A stretch of 14,111 bases of DNA from Bdellovibrionota bacterium (GTDB taxonomy: Bacteria > Bdellovibrionota_C > UBA2361), in the NCBI GenBank assembly GCA_044352465.1, contig JBILDU010000081.1, positions 1-14,111 of the forward strand, read 5' to 3'. Shown piece after piece: positions 1-10,390 of the stretch (within the stretch, counting starts at the first letter, position 1; each line of letters begins with the position of its first letter). The notes beneath the pieces were generated by a model, which ran no database searches, was not told the origin of the DNA, and saw only the letters and a program-made list of their open reading frames with translations. A program made the translations under genes and the position numbers.

Positions 1-1
1 G

Positions 2-466
2 GTTAACGATGATCGGTAAGATGGGCAGATTCAGTGGTCGGGCAAATTTCAGCACCGCAGCATCGCTGTAGACCGCCGTATCGTCCTCACGGTAGGCCTG
101 TGGAACTATGATTGCCGAGGCGAAGATCTCTTGCTCCCCGATGGTGATCGAAGCCGCTTCGATATCGAGTGAATCCTGTTCCGACAAGAAACAGTGTCCG
201 GCTGTCAGAACGTCTTGCGCCGTGACGACCGATCCCGAGCAGTTGTAGCTCTCTCCACTTCGGTCGTACAGATTCACCATAACTACCGGGGAACCCGTTG
301 GCTCACACGGGGTCCCATTGATAATCTTTGTGTTGAGACCGATGGTGCTACATGCGTTGGTTGCGAGGCCGCTTGTGGCTGTTCCGCCGTCACCACCGCA
401 TCCACTCAGTGTGAGAAGGAAGGCGAGCGGCAGAGTCGCAAGTGCAAGAGTTCGGCAGGCGAGCAT
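2..466 (-). CDS. Trypsin-like (S1 family) serine protease, lipoprotein; 3' end runs off the window
   Basis: Not in the ORF track; translated by hand from ATG 466 (alternative TTG 475): MLACRTLALATLPLAFLLTLSGC (lipobox LSGC) ... K-IINGTPC (trypsin-type mature N-terminus) ... CSGSVVTAQDVLTAGHC (catalytic His motif, 191-205) ... SDAAVLKF (catalytic Asp). Open to the window edge. Confidence 0.9.
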   Translation of the reverse strand, partial: MLACRTLALATLPLAFLLTLSGCGGDGGTATSGLATNACSTIGLNTKIINGTPCEPTGSPVVMVNLYDRSGESYNCSGSVVTAQDVLTAGHCFLSEQDSLDIEAASITIGEQEIFASAIIVPQAYREDDTAVYSDAAVLKFARPLNLPILPIIVN

Positions 467-826
467 GTGATTCAACCTATAAAAGTTAGTCTCTTACCCC
501 GGTAGGTTCAAAAACCGATGTGTCAGGCCGGGATTGAACACTCATCATAGTGGCAACACACCTTCGCTCGGAGCAAGGGGCCGCCCCTCGCTGCCCCCAC
601 ACTCCGGAAAACTGTTCGACCTATTCGCCGATGTTTTCGCCATCTCTGGCGTTCTTGCCTCATCTTAGTAAGGTGAGTTTTAGTCCCGCTGCTCGGACGG
701 TTTCGATCTGTTTACTGTTGTGGTTTCAGGCTGTTAGTTGATTGCTGTGATGGCGGCTGAGCACGAGTGATGTTTCATCTTTTATATGATATCGCTTGGA
801 GAGCCTTAACCGCTCACCGATCCGCT

Positions 827-2785
827 ATGCTAAAACGACGTTTCCAGAGCTCTCCGTTTTTTTTGATGCCGTTCGTTCTCCTGTCGCTGTGGGGGTGCGC
901 AACAGACACGAGCCCTTACCTCGCCCCCGCTCCGCCGCTTCCTCTTCCTGCGTCGCCAGCCCCGCACAAGGAGATGGTACAACGCCGCCCCTGGGACCTG
1001 TGGAGCCCCGGTCGCGATCTCGTCGGAGCAAAGATTCTCGACCCGCGCATCGTTGCGGCGGATCGTTTGTATGTCGATGGCGATCTCGCCAAAGCCGCAG
1101 CTGAGTTTGCGTCGATCAAACCAATCGGATTACCGGAAAATGAGCGTGCCGCCTTAGCGATGCGAACTGCAGCAACTCAGCTATCGCTTGACCAGCCGAC
1201 CAGAGCGCTGGCGACGTTAAGCAACTTTTTCCGGGCTGAGGGCCGCTCCGCTGATGCGGTTGGAGCAGATTTTGCGGTCCTGTTCGGGTACGCCTACGGT
1301 CGTGGAAAGGATCTTGAACAAAGTTTGGCGTGGTTCTCCCGCGCTGAGCGAACTGCTCCCGCGGGAATGCTGAGCGCTGGTGTTGCTCAAGGGGTACGTT
1401 ATTTCTTGGAGGGTGTCCCCGCCGAGAAATTTGATGCCCTTGATACGGTCTGGAGTAGCGATGAGTTTATCCGGCGCCTTATCGGTGAAGAACGGTATCG
1501 GCGTACCCAGGGGGGCGTCGTTGCCAGCGGCTCAAGGAATGAGCGCTTGTGGGCAAGTGCCGCCCCTCCAATTGAGCCTGTTCCGCTACCGCTTGAAGGA
1601 CAGACCACAACGACGGTCGGAGTTCTTCTCCCACTCACCGGACGATATACGGCGCTTGGGACCAGCACGAAGAACGGAATCGATTTAGCGCTGCAGGCTC
1701 AACCTGATAGGGATCTGATCAGTCCAGTTTTTAAAGATACCGGCGAGGACCCAACTCAAGCGCTCACCGTAGCGCAGGAGCTTTTTACCGTCGATCGTGC
1801 ACCGATCGTTATTGGTCCACTCCTCTCCGAACAGGTCAATGCCGTGACCGGAGTCGTTCGACAGAACGCTGCGGCGATGGTGTCTTTCTCGAAGCGGAGC
1901 GATGTCGAGCTTGGTGACGGTATTTTTCGTTTGGGAACGACCGTGGAGAGTCAGGTGAGCTCTCTTGCCGAGGCGGCGGTGCTGAAGCTTGGTTTGAAGC
2001 GGATCGCCATCGTTGCGCCGAGTGATATCGCTGGCCAGGAGTATACGAACTCTTTTGCCCAGAAACTTCGCGAGTTAGGTGTCGAACCAGCGTATCAAAC
2101 AAGCTACTCAAAAGATGATTTGAACGCCCTCGTAGCTATCGCTCAGGAGATCGAGGGCATCCCGCTCGACGGCATCTTCCTCCCCGACTCGCTGACGGTG
2201 GCTAGCCGGCTTTTCTCGAGTATCGCACCTGCGGTGCGTGGGCGGATTCGACCGCTCGGACTCGCGACTTGGGATAACCCGGGGCTTTTAGCTAACTCTC
2301 GTACGGTTCTGTCCGGTGCTGTTTTTGTGAGTCTCTTTTTCACCGCCAGTAGTCGGCCGGCGGTCACGACTTTCACGCAGAGTTATTTTGAGCAGTATCG
2401 TGTCAAACCCGATTTCCTCGCGGCGCAAGGTTTTGACGCCGCCACCCTCGTCGCATCTGCGGTAGCCCAGCAACGTATCTCCGGGGCACCCTTTGCCGTC
2501 GCCCTTGGTTCGATCGGTGCCTATGAGGGGCTGACCGGAACGATGACGATCGATGAGTCGGGTGAGATCCGTCGCTCTTTTGCGGTCGTTGAGTTGCGCG
2601 ACGATACGATCGCCGAACTTGTAAATCCAGTTACCCCCGCTTTTGTGATGCGGGGAAATGACATCGTAGAGACCGGCACCGGTATCGCGGCAATCTCTCA
2701 TGCGACCGCGCGGGAGGCGGCATCGCCAGCCGATCAGGTGAGCGGTCTTGTGAACCAATTCGAAGGAACAACCAAAGGATATTGA
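827..2785 (+). CDS. LpoA/LppC-like lipoprotein (penicillin-binding protein activator; TPR-like N-terminus plus type I periplasmic-binding-protein domain)
   Basis: Signal peptide with lipobox LWGC; helical N-terminal half; [23 protein letters not shown] and [10 protein letters not shown] motifs of PBP type I/LppC domains. Start placed at ATG 827 for signal peptide length (ORF is open from 767). Confidence 0.8.
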   Translation: MLKRRFQSSPFFLMPFVLLSLWGCATDTSPYLAPAPPLPLPASPAPHKEMVQRRPWDLWSPGRDLVGAKILDPRIVAADRLYVDGDLAKAAAEFASIKPIGLPENERAALAMRTAATQLSLDQPTRALATLSNFFRAEGRSADAVGADFAVLFGYAYGRGKDLEQSLAWFSRAERTAPAGMLSAGVAQGVRYFLEGVPAEKFDALDTVWSSDEFIRRLIGEERYRRTQGGVVASGSRNERLWASAAPPIEPVPLPLEGQTTTTVGVLLPLTGRYTALGTSTKNGIDLALQAQPDRDLISPVFKDTGEDPTQALTVAQELFTVDRAPIVIGPLLSEQVNAVTGVVRQNAAAMVSFSKRSDVELGDGIFRLGTTVESQVSSLAEAAVLKLGLKRIAIVAPSDIAGQEYTNSFAQKLRELGVEPAYQTSYSKDDLNALVAIAQEIEGIPLDGIFLPDSLTVASRLFSSIAPAVRGRIRPLGLATWDNPGLLANSRTVLSGAVFVSLFFTASSRPAVTTFTQSYFEQYRVKPDFLAAQGFDAATLVASAVAQQRISGAPFAVALGSIGAYEGLTGTMTIDESGEIRRSFAVVELRDDTIAELVNPVTPAFVMRGNDIVETGTGIAAISHATAREAASPADQVSGLVNQFEGTTKGY

Positions 2786-5253
2786 TGACATCAAAGAAAC
2801 GGGCGAAGAGCTCTCGAAAGAGCCGGCAAGGGAAACAGGCGAGTCGAGCTACCTCGGCGGGCCCCGCGCAGCATCTTGCTGAGCTCCCCACGCTCCTGCC
2901 GGTCTTACCAGCCAAGGATATGGTCGCGTTTCCCTCGGTGATGATGTCGCTCTACGTCGGACGTCCAGCGAGTGTCAGCGCAGTCGAACGGGCCATGGAG
3001 GCCGATAGACTTATCTTCATCGTCGCTCAACGGAATCAAGAGACTGAGGATCCGGGGAAAGCCGATCTCTACAGAGTCGGCGTCGTGGCGAACGTCGTGA
3101 GAACATTAAAACTCCCGGATGGACGATTTAAGGTCCTTCTCCAGGGGATCGTGCGTGCCGAGGCTGAGCGCTTTAACGGGACCGACCCTCTGACCGCTAA
3201 AATTCGTCCCCTCGAGGTGCCGGAGCGCTACGTCCTCAAAGCTGAGGATGAAGTCATCATGAACCGGATTCGTGAGAACCTCCAGGTGCTCGTCGAGCAT
3301 GAACACCTACCCGAGGAGATGCTGCTCGTGACCGAGGAGCTGCACGATCCCGGCGTTCTCGCGGATGTGGTATTAGCCCACTACAAACTTGATCCGGCTT
3401 TTGCGCAGGGCGTTTTGGAAGAGCTCGATCCAGCCAAACGTTTGCGCGCCACCGACACGATTATCACCGACGATCTGAACCAATTCCTCTTGTCAGAGAA
3501 GATTCGCGACAAAGCGCGTGACGAGATGACGAAAGGGCAGCGGGAGTATTACCTGCGCGAGCAGATTCGGCAGATTCAGCGCGAATTGGGCGAAGGTGAG
3601 ACCGCTTCGGAGGACATCTCGGCTCTCCGTCAGGCGCTCGATAAAGTACACCTACCGCCGCACGCTCTTGAGGAGGTCGCCCGTCAGATGAAGCGTCTGG
3701 AGCGTATGCCGATGGAATCGGGTGAGTACTCGATGCTGCGGACCTATCTGGAGTGGTTCTCTGACCTCCCGTGGGGTGAGCGCACCAAAGATCGGCTCGA
3801 TCTCGACTTTGCCAAGGACGTTCTGGATGAAGATCACTTTGGGCTTGAGAAGGTCAAGGAACGGATCCTCGAATATCTCAGCGTGCGCAAGCTCAACAAA
3901 GACTCGCGCGGTCCGATCTTATGTTTCGTTGGCCCGCCTGGGGTTGGCAAGACCTCGCTCGGAAAATCGATCGCTCGCTCGCTGAACCGTAAATTTTTCC
4001 GCATGTCGCTCGGTGGTGTTCGTGATGAAGCCGAGATTCGGGGGCACCGACGTACCTATGTCGGCGCGCTTCCCGGCCGGGTTCTTCAGGGGATGAAGCA
4101 GGCGGGGAGTAAGAATGCGGTGTTTGTTCTCGACGAGCTCGACAAAGTTGGCGCTGATTTTCGGGGTGATCCTGCCGCCGCTCTTCTCGAAGTCCTCGAT
4201 CCAGCCCAGAACAACGAGTTTCGTGATCACTATCTTGGAGTACCGTTCGACCTCTCCGAGGTCATGTTTATCGCCACCGCGAACACGATCGATACGATTC
4301 CTGATGCGCTCCTGGACCGTCTCGAGGTGATCTTCATCTCCGGTTACACGACCGAGGAAAAAGTGAAGATTGCGGAGCGTTACCTCTTTCCGCGGCAGAT
4401 CAAGGAGAACGGCCTCACCAAGTTCAAGTTTACCGTATCGGCTGCAGCGATCGAGTATCTTATCGAACGCTATACTCGCGAAGCGGGGGTGCGGAGCCTG
4501 GAGCGGGAGGTCGGGACCCTTTGTCGTAAGATCGCCCGCGAGCACGCCGAAGGGGGGAAGCCGCCCAAGGTGGTAACCCCGGAGGTCGTCAATAAACTCC
4601 TCGGTCCGACGAAGTTTGATCCCGAAGCGGATGACTTTAAAGACACCGTTGGGCTCGCCCGTGGTCTTGCCTGGACGGTGCACGGTGGTGAGGTCATGCC
4701 GATCGAGGTCTCAACAGCCAAGGGGAACGGCCAGCTCGCGCTGACGGGGCAGCTCGGTAGCGTGATGCAGGAGTCGGCCCAGGCCGCGTTGTTCTACGCC
4801 CGCTCAAACGCGAACTCTCTCGGACTCGATCTCGATTTTCAGCAGAAATTCGATATCCACGTCCACGTTCCGAACGGGGCGACCCCGAAAGATGGGCCAT
4901 CAGCGGGCGTGACGATCGCCACCGCGTTGGTTTCGGCGCTATCCGATCGCAAAGTGACGAAGAATATCGCGATGACCGGGGAGATCACCCTCCGCGGGAA
5001 TGTCCTCCCGGTCGGTGGCTTAAAAGAGAAGGCGTTAGCGGCGCTGCGTCACGGAATCAACAAGGTGATTATTCCGTTTGAGAATATCAAAGACCTTGAG
5101 GAGATCCCGAAGGAGCAACGTGACAAGATCAAGTTTGTTCCGGTGAAGCATATTAGTGAGGTGCTGGCGATCGCCCTCATCGGGACACAGCGCAAACCGA
5201 AGGTGCGCGCCTCGCGACGGCGGCGAGGTAAGACCTTAAGCGCTGAGGCCTAA
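2785..5253 (+). CDS. lon: ATP-dependent Lon protease (endopeptidase La)
   Basis: LON N-domain, Walker [23 protein letters not shown], Walker B VLDELDK, catalytic PKDGPSAG and GGLKEK. ATG 2785 overlaps the upstream TGA (TGATG); AAAGGA precedes it. Confidence 0.98.
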   Translation: MTSKKRAKSSRKSRQGKQASRATSAGPAQHLAELPTLLPVLPAKDMVAFPSVMMSLYVGRPASVSAVERAMEADRLIFIVAQRNQETEDPGKADLYRVGVVANVVRTLKLPDGRFKVLLQGIVRAEAERFNGTDPLTAKIRPLEVPERYVLKAEDEVIMNRIRENLQVLVEHEHLPEEMLLVTEELHDPGVLADVVLAHYKLDPAFAQGVLEELDPAKRLRATDTIITDDLNQFLLSEKIRDKARDEMTKGQREYYLREQIRQIQRELGEGETASEDISALRQALDKVHLPPHALEEVARQMKRLERMPMESGEYSMLRTYLEWFSDLPWGERTKDRLDLDFAKDVLDEDHFGLEKVKERILEYLSVRKLNKDSRGPILCFVGPPGVGKTSLGKSIARSLNRKFFRMSLGGVRDEAEIRGHRRTYVGALPGRVLQGMKQAGSKNAVFVLDELDKVGADFRGDPAAALLEVLDPAQNNEFRDHYLGVPFDLSEVMFIATANTIDTIPDALLDRLEVIFISGYTTEEKVKIAERYLFPRQIKENGLTKFKFTVSAAAIEYLIERYTREAGVRSLEREVGTLCRKIAREHAEGGKPPKVVTPEVVNKLLGPTKFDPEADDFKDTVGLARGLAWTVHGGEVMPIEVSTAKGNGQLALTGQLGSVMQESAQAALFYARSNANSLGLDLDFQQKFDIHVHVPNGATPKDGPSAGVTIATALVSALSDRKVTKNIAMTGEITLRGNVLPVGGLKEKALAALRHGINKVIIPFENIKDLEEIPKEQRDKIKFVPVKHISEVLAIALIGTQRKPKVRASRRRRGKTLSAEA

Positions 5254-6324
5254 GTGGTGGGGCGCTGGGGGCTCCAGGTCGCCACGTTCCTTCTCGTTGC
5301 CGGAAGCTCCGTGTTCGCCGCTCCGCGTGAGCTGTGCGTTTACGTCTCGCGGAGCGGTAACGTGGAGCAGGTAAATTCAATCGAGCAGGTGCCGAGCGAT
5401 TATCGGGCTACGGCGCGATGTTTTACCGAGGCGATAAACCCTGAGCGACCGCAGAGTCCGACGAGGCCTCGTCCAATCCGCATCACTGAAGGTGGCCGTG
5501 TCGTGGGGGGCGAGAATCTCGCCTCCCCCGATACGTTGACGCTCGAGGGGGCGAGCCGGCGGGTTGATATGCCCTCAACGCTGGGGCGAATTCAACTACG
5601 CTGGCCCCGCGAGGTTGAAGCCCTCTTTGGTCGAACGCCCGAGCGTGCGGTCGCTGAGGCTGCCCGTGCCGTGAGTCGAGCCTTGAAGGCAGGCGCCTTC
5701 CCACCTCCGGTGCAGCGCCTCAATCTCGATTGGCGAATCGTCTTTATGGATGAGGCGAGGCCGGACGGTCAGATCCCAGCGGCGCTCGTCAGCAACTGCC
5801 ATCCCGGATGGATGGTGCCGCCCACCGACATCTACATCGTCGCTCAACGGGTCGCTGCGGGTTGTGGTGGGGGGGCGCCGGTCTCGCCGAGCACCGCCGA
5901 TGCTGCACTGACGAAGGTTTTAATCCACGAGATCGGTCATGCTGTTGAGTACCAGCTTCTGGGGGGCGAGTTTGGCCGCAGTCGGATGCGGGCTGAGGGT
6001 TTCGCGACTTGGTTTACCGGGTATGCTGCCGATTACAGCGCCCTACTCGAGCGCGGAAGCGTTGCAGCGGAGTATGCCCGTCGTGCCCGAGCGACGTTTA
6101 AAGAGACCTCTTTGGATGGACCGTTTCGCGGATCCGCGGACGACTACGCTCGCGCGAGTATTATCTTTTCAGCTCTCGTGGAGCGGCGCGGTATCCGCGG
6201 TCTCTTGCACCTCTATGAGGGGATGACGGTCAATAAGCTCGATCTCTTTCCGGCGCTTGAGGCCCGCATCGGTTGGGACGAGGCTAAAGTACGCGCCGAG
6301 ATGGAACGCCTTCTGCCGCAGTGA
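5254..6324 (+). CDS. Exported putative zinc metallopeptidase (HExxH...E, gluzincin/peptidase MA-like)
   Basis: Signal-peptide-like N-terminus (…SSVFA), LIHEIGHAVE followed by RAEGFATWF; GTG start immediately follows the lon stop. Confidence 0.7.
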   Translation: MVGRWGLQVATFLLVAGSSVFAAPRELCVYVSRSGNVEQVNSIEQVPSDYRATARCFTEAINPERPQSPTRPRPIRITEGGRVVGGENLASPDTLTLEGASRRVDMPSTLGRIQLRWPREVEALFGRTPERAVAEAARAVSRALKAGAFPPPVQRLNLDWRIVFMDEARPDGQIPAALVSNCHPGWMVPPTDIYIVAQRVAAGCGGGAPVSPSTADAALTKVLIHEIGHAVEYQLLGGEFGRSRMRAEGFATWFTGYAADYSALLERGSVAAEYARRARATFKETSLDGPFRGSADDYARASIIFSALVERRGIRGLLHLYEGMTVNKLDLFPALEARIGWDEAKVRAEMERLLPQ

Positions 6325-6348
6325 CGCGGCCCGGAGGTGGAGAGCCAC

Positions 6349-7185
6349 TCACTGAAGGGTTGGCGATTGTTTGGCGAGCATCGCTGCAAACTCGGCGAAG
6401 AGCCTTTCCCCAACCTTCCCATGATACCCGATGAGCTGAAAAGCTCTTATGACGTCGTGGTTCAGCTCCGGATTTCGGGCGGCGGCGTTAAACAATTCGT
6501 ACACCAGCAAAGGCGACATCGGTACGCCGAGCGAAAGTCGCCCCATGTTCGACTGAATCGCTGCCATCTCGGTGATGAGGATGCGGAATAGGTTCGGCTC
6601 GTCTGCCGCCATCCGAATGAAGGAGCGGACCGCCCACGCCGAGGCGAGGTACTCCCCCATCTCCAGGGACGGTGGAACCACGCTGTTCGGGTCAGCGCCG
6701 AATGAGAGTTCGTGCAGCGATCGATCGCTCGCCTTGGCAACGAGGTTCGACAGCGCCAGTCCCAGTCCCCGATGGAGGCGCTCTTCGCGGATGAGGTGGT
6801 GGGGGGCGTTGGCCGCTTTTCCTGAGGGCTTTAACGCTGCCAGAAGCGCTGCACGAAACTCGATCTGCGCCGCGGTCGGGATAAATTGAAGATTCGAAAA
6901 CTCCCGCGATATCTCGGTCAGGACCGCTTCTCCGCGGTGCTTCACCCCAGCGATCGGCAGGCACAAGATTCGGCTGCTCGATATGTCGTCGATAAAGTGA
7001 TCGGTGGTGGCTCCATTTGCCAGATGGTTCGAGATTCGATTCACAAACGGGAGCGCCGCACCCGTGGCGGAATCCACTTCGCTTCGAAGGTTGTCCTGAC
7101 GGTCGTAGTTGTCGCGGTAACTTCGGTTTGGCCCATCTCCTGAGCGTTCCGGCCCAGACGGGAGATAGTCAGGTTGAAAAATCAT
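6349..7185 (-). CDS. Hypothetical protein (278 aa), no family recognised
   Basis: Long ORF converging on the peptidase gene, GAGGGG just upstream of the ATG and a good sigma70 promoter upstream. Confidence 0.65.
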   Translation of the reverse strand: MIFQPDYLPSGPERSGDGPNRSYRDNYDRQDNLRSEVDSATGAALPFVNRISNHLANGATTDHFIDDISSSRILCLPIAGVKHRGEAVLTEISREFSNLQFIPTAAQIEFRAALLAALKPSGKAANAPHHLIREERLHRGLGLALSNLVAKASDRSLHELSFGADPNSVVPPSLEMGEYLASAWAVRSFIRMAADEPNLFRILITEMAAIQSNMGRLSLGVPMSPLLVYELFNAAARNPELNHDVIRAFQLIGYHGKVGERLFAEFAAMLAKQSPTLQ

Positions 7186-7296
7186 CGCCCCTCGACTGTT
7201 TCTGTGAGAGAGAATTTTCTCTCAAAGTTTAACGGTCACTGCGGTTTCCTGTCTCGATGTATTTGCCGGAGGCCGCAAAAGCTGCAATGGAGCGCG

Positions 7297-7325
7297 ACTA
7301 TACGCCCGAGGTTATACCTGGTCAA
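7297..7325 (-). promoter_or_regulatory. sigma70-type promoter for the 7185..6349 gene
   Basis: Minus strand reads TTGACC (7325-7320) - 17 bp - TATAGT (7302-7297): 5/6 match to each consensus box with ideal spacing. Confidence 0.65.
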
Positions 7326-7637
7326 CAAACTTGCCGCCGCCAGCGGCAGTTCGTGCACGCGAGCCCGCGTGTAGATCATCAGAAACGTTTAGTTTTTGGT
7401 CGAGTCAGTCGAGATTTCAGAGCGCGCCGCGCCCCCGAGTAAGGTTAGTTTTTGGTTAGGTTCATGCTTCTGAAGTTGCCGCGCTCTCCCCGTGCCCCTT
7501 TCAATAGGTTCTTCCACCTCATGCCGTTTTCAGACGTTTTTTTCACCAGGGCGGTTGTGCGGCACCAGCGCACACCTGCGCGGTCTGGGTTCCGACTGAA
7601 GCGCGTGCGTGCGTCGGCGAAGCGATGCTACGAGTCG

Positions 7638-8189
7638 TTAGTTCTTACTCGTGGCGGCTTTGATGAGCTGTCCGAGCGTCAGCGGTTTCTCTTCGGCCTG
7701 ACTCACACACTGCCCTGAGGCGGACCTTTTCCCACAAACCTGGCAGTTGCCCGATTTATCCACAGGTGGATGCCAATAGATTGAGAGGCTTAAGATAATG
7801 CTCTCTTGAATTATCGCCTCAAGGTCCAGATGTTCCCCCTCAAAGTATGAGATCCCCACATCATCGATGTAATCTTCGTCCTCCTCCCCCGCGGGTCTGT
7901 TTTCGAGATCAAGGGGTTTTGCCTTAAAGATCAGATTCGCTTCGACCTCAAGGTCCCGTTCCACCCCTTCAATGCACAAAGAGCACGGTTGCCGGTAGCG
8001 TGAGGTCACTTTGCCTCTGGTCTCGGCACCTTGGGGGGTCTTGAACACCATCAGATCTACCTGGGGAGGGGAGATGAATTCGATGCCGTGATCCTCCCCC
8101 TCGCGCATCCGGGCGTTGAGATTTTCAAGGGAGAGGCTCTCCTTTACCGCAAGACCTTCGTGGGGGATGTCAGAGATACGTATTTTCAT
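7638..8189 (-). CDS. yceD: DUF177/YceD family protein
   Basis: MKIRISDIPHEGL start, GKVTSRYRQPCSLC, acidic stretch then YFEGEHLDLEAIIQESIILSL and CQVCG, typical of DUF177. Confidence 0.9.
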   Translation of the reverse strand: MKIRISDIPHEGLAVKESLSLENLNARMREGEDHGIEFISPPQVDLMVFKTPQGAETRGKVTSRYRQPCSLCIEGVERDLEVEANLIFKAKPLDLENRPAGEEDEDYIDDVGISYFEGEHLDLEAIIQESIILSLSIYWHPPVDKSGNCQVCGKRSASGQCVSQAEEKPLTLGQLIKAATSKN

Positions 8190-8413
8190 AGCTGCTTAAA
8201 AATTGAAATCCATCGACGTTACGGGCTAATGTGTTACGGTGTTGACCTGCAAAACGGGGTGATCTTCCCCAAAGTTCGCAACGTTTGGGTTAGTTTTACG
8301 AAACTAAAGGGTCTCGTCAAATCTGTTAAAAAAGACGGGGCCGGCACCGCTCGAGCCTTAAAAGAAGGCGCGGGGAACAGTAGCCGATCACATCATTAGA
8401 GGAGTGTATCATT

Positions 8414-8872
8414 ATGGGAGTAAACAAAGTCATCTTGCTCGGTAACCTCGGTAAAGATCCGGAGTTGCGCTATACCCAATCGCAGACCCCGGTATGCTCT
8501 TTTAGCTTGGCTACGAGCGAGCGTCGCAAAGATGCGAGTGGCAATTGGGGCGACCACACCGAGTGGCACAATATCATCGCGTTCGGAAAGACCGCGGAAA
8601 ACTCGGCCAACTTCTTAAAAAAGGGACGGCAGTGCTACATCGAGGGAAAGATCCAGACCCGCAAGTGGCAAGACAAGGAAGGTAAAGATCGCTGGACCAC
8701 CGAGATTATCGCTAACACGATCCAGTTCGTCGGGGGGAAAGGTGAGGGCCGTGGTGCTGGGGGCGGAGCGGAGGAGAGCAGCTCTCCACCGCCGTTGCCG
8801 AGCTCGCTCCGGTCTGCTGATTCGATCGGGGGTGACTCAGTCACTTTCGACGAGGATGACATTCCTTTTTAA
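8414..8872 (+). CDS. ssb: Single-stranded DNA-binding protein
   Basis: VNKVILLGNLGKDPELRYT, TEWHNI, YIEGKIQTRKW, C-terminal DDIPF; RBS GAGGAG upstream. Confidence 0.98.
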   Translation: MGVNKVILLGNLGKDPELRYTQSQTPVCSFSLATSERRKDASGNWGDHTEWHNIIAFGKTAENSANFLKKGRQCYIEGKIQTRKWQDKEGKDRWTTEIIANTIQFVGGKGEGRGAGGGAEESSSPPPLPSSLRSADSIGGDSVTFDEDDIPF

Positions 8873-9150
8873 GGAGTGTCTTTGAAATGGGCCTTGTTTG
8901 GCTGCCCTCGACGAGAGTTCGAATGTAGCGGGCCCATTTCCTTTTCTCTCGACCATTAAGTGGGGCTCGGAATCTTGGAGCCCACTCTGTTATGGCCAGC
9001 TCGTCGTTCGTTCGGTTCGAGCCCACGAGCAAAGGTATGATCAAAGACCTTTCGCAGCCCCTGCGTGTGTTCTGTCTTCACCCGAGCCAGGTTCATTCTG
9101 GTCGAAAGCTCATCTCTGACCGACGTTCACCCACCTTTTGCGGCGGTCGA

Positions 9151-10200
9151 GTGTCCCTCACACGACCACTCGCTGGGTTAGTTATTTTTTTGCTGTATCT
9201 CCTCAGTAGTGGCCCTGTTTACGGTGCGCCCCAGGTTGAATTCATCGTCGATTTTTCGGCCTCGATGGGGGAGGGGACGAAAGATAGCGCCGGCACCGAG
9301 CTAGTCCGAGGTGCTTTACGCGAGGCGCTGAGGGTGCTGCCCGCAGATTTCGAGGCGGCTGTTAGGGTCTACGGGCATCGTGAGACCCGCGAGCAAAGAG
9401 GTGCGAGCTGCCGTGATACCGAGCTCCTTATTCCTTTTCAGCGGGGGCTTTCTCCCCAGAGTCTTGCACCACTCGACCAACTTTCTCCGCGTGGGCTCAC
9501 CCCCCTCGCTCACGCTATCGCTGAATCGGCGAAAGACTTTACCGCGGTGCGGGAGGAACGCTCGATCATCCTCATCACTGACGGTGCTGATACGTGTGAT
9601 GGTGACCCGGTCGCAGTTATTCGCGAGCTACAGCGCCGCGGATTTAAGACGGTCGTGCACACGATTGGGCTCAATCTTACCCCGGGGGCGCGTGAGCAGC
9701 TCGGCGGAATCGCCGCAGTTGGTGGGGGAGTCTTCGCTTCGGTGGGGGATATGCCCTCGATGCGTCGCGGGATTCTCAAAGCGTTGAAGTCTTCATTTAC
9801 TTCTCTCCGGGGGATCGACACCTCTGGTCGAGGTGACCTTGATTCTCCGTTTGATGCGGCGAATCAAGATGCCGTTGCGACGGTTCTCCCGATAGGGCGC
9901 GAGTTCTCACCTAATCACGTTGGGAGCGCGGAGGATCCGGTCGACGTTTTCCGCTTTTCGGTGAAACCGGGGGAGAAGTATCTCGGTTTGGTCGAGGTGC
10001 TTACCGAAAGAGGGGCGGTGCGGGTCGCTGTGTTTGATTCCGCTGGAAGATACCGGGATGTGCGGAGTGTTGCAGCCGGGGTATTTGAGTTCGACCTCCT
10101 CGATATTACCGGCAGCACCGATATTTTCGTGCGGGTGGCGGCCGACGAGCCGGCCGATTACCGGATTAAACTTACCGCCCTCGTGGGACTTTCTGAGTAG
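9151..10200 (+). CDS. Secreted von Willebrand factor A (VWA) domain protein with a beta-rich C-terminal domain
   Basis: MIDAS-type motifs IVDFSASM, PRGLTPL, ILITDGAD and VHTIG; hydrophobic signal-like segment LAGLVIFLLYLLSSGPVYG. Start uncertain: ORF is open from 8992, GTG 9151 chosen for signal peptide position. Confidence 0.8.
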   Translation: MSLTRPLAGLVIFLLYLLSSGPVYGAPQVEFIVDFSASMGEGTKDSAGTELVRGALREALRVLPADFEAAVRVYGHRETREQRGASCRDTELLIPFQRGLSPQSLAPLDQLSPRGLTPLAHAIAESAKDFTAVREERSIILITDGADTCDGDPVAVIRELQRRGFKTVVHTIGLNLTPGAREQLGGIAAVGGGVFASVGDMPSMRRGILKALKSSFTSLRGIDTSGRGDLDSPFDAANQDAVATVLPIGREFSPNHVGSAEDPVDVFRFSVKPGEKYLGLVEVLTERGAVRVAVFDSAGRYRDVRSVAAGVFEFDLLDITGSTDIFVRVAADEPADYRIKLTALVGLSE

Positions 10201-10390
10201 TCTATCGACAGAGTCGAGCCCAGAGTTCTCTGCGAGTGGTTCGATTCTGGAGGGCCGGATTCTATCCGGCCGGAGCGCCACCGGTGATGCGAGCACGGAT
10301 CTGGAGGGTCGTGTACACCATGTCTTGATCCTTCACACTTTCACGCTGCATGGTGAAAAAACTTATTGAAAGCGCACGAGGAACAGCGCC

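Noticed and set aside
194..505. 103-aa plus-strand ORF
   Set aside because: Antisense shadow of the trypsin-like gene on the minus strand.
3919..4683. 254-aa minus-strand ORF and other ORFs nested in lon and the LpoA-like gene
   Set aside because: Antisense or alternate-frame shadows expected in GC-rich coding DNA; no motifs.
7230..7295. c-di-GMP-I riboswitch (GGCAAA / CGCAAAAGC-like words)
   Set aside because: The two motifs are on opposite strands and the GNRA-capped stem cannot be formed.
10236..10282. tRNA/tmRNA 3' end suggested by GGTTCGATTC
   Set aside because: No T-stem pairing around it and no acceptor stem with CCA at the right distance.
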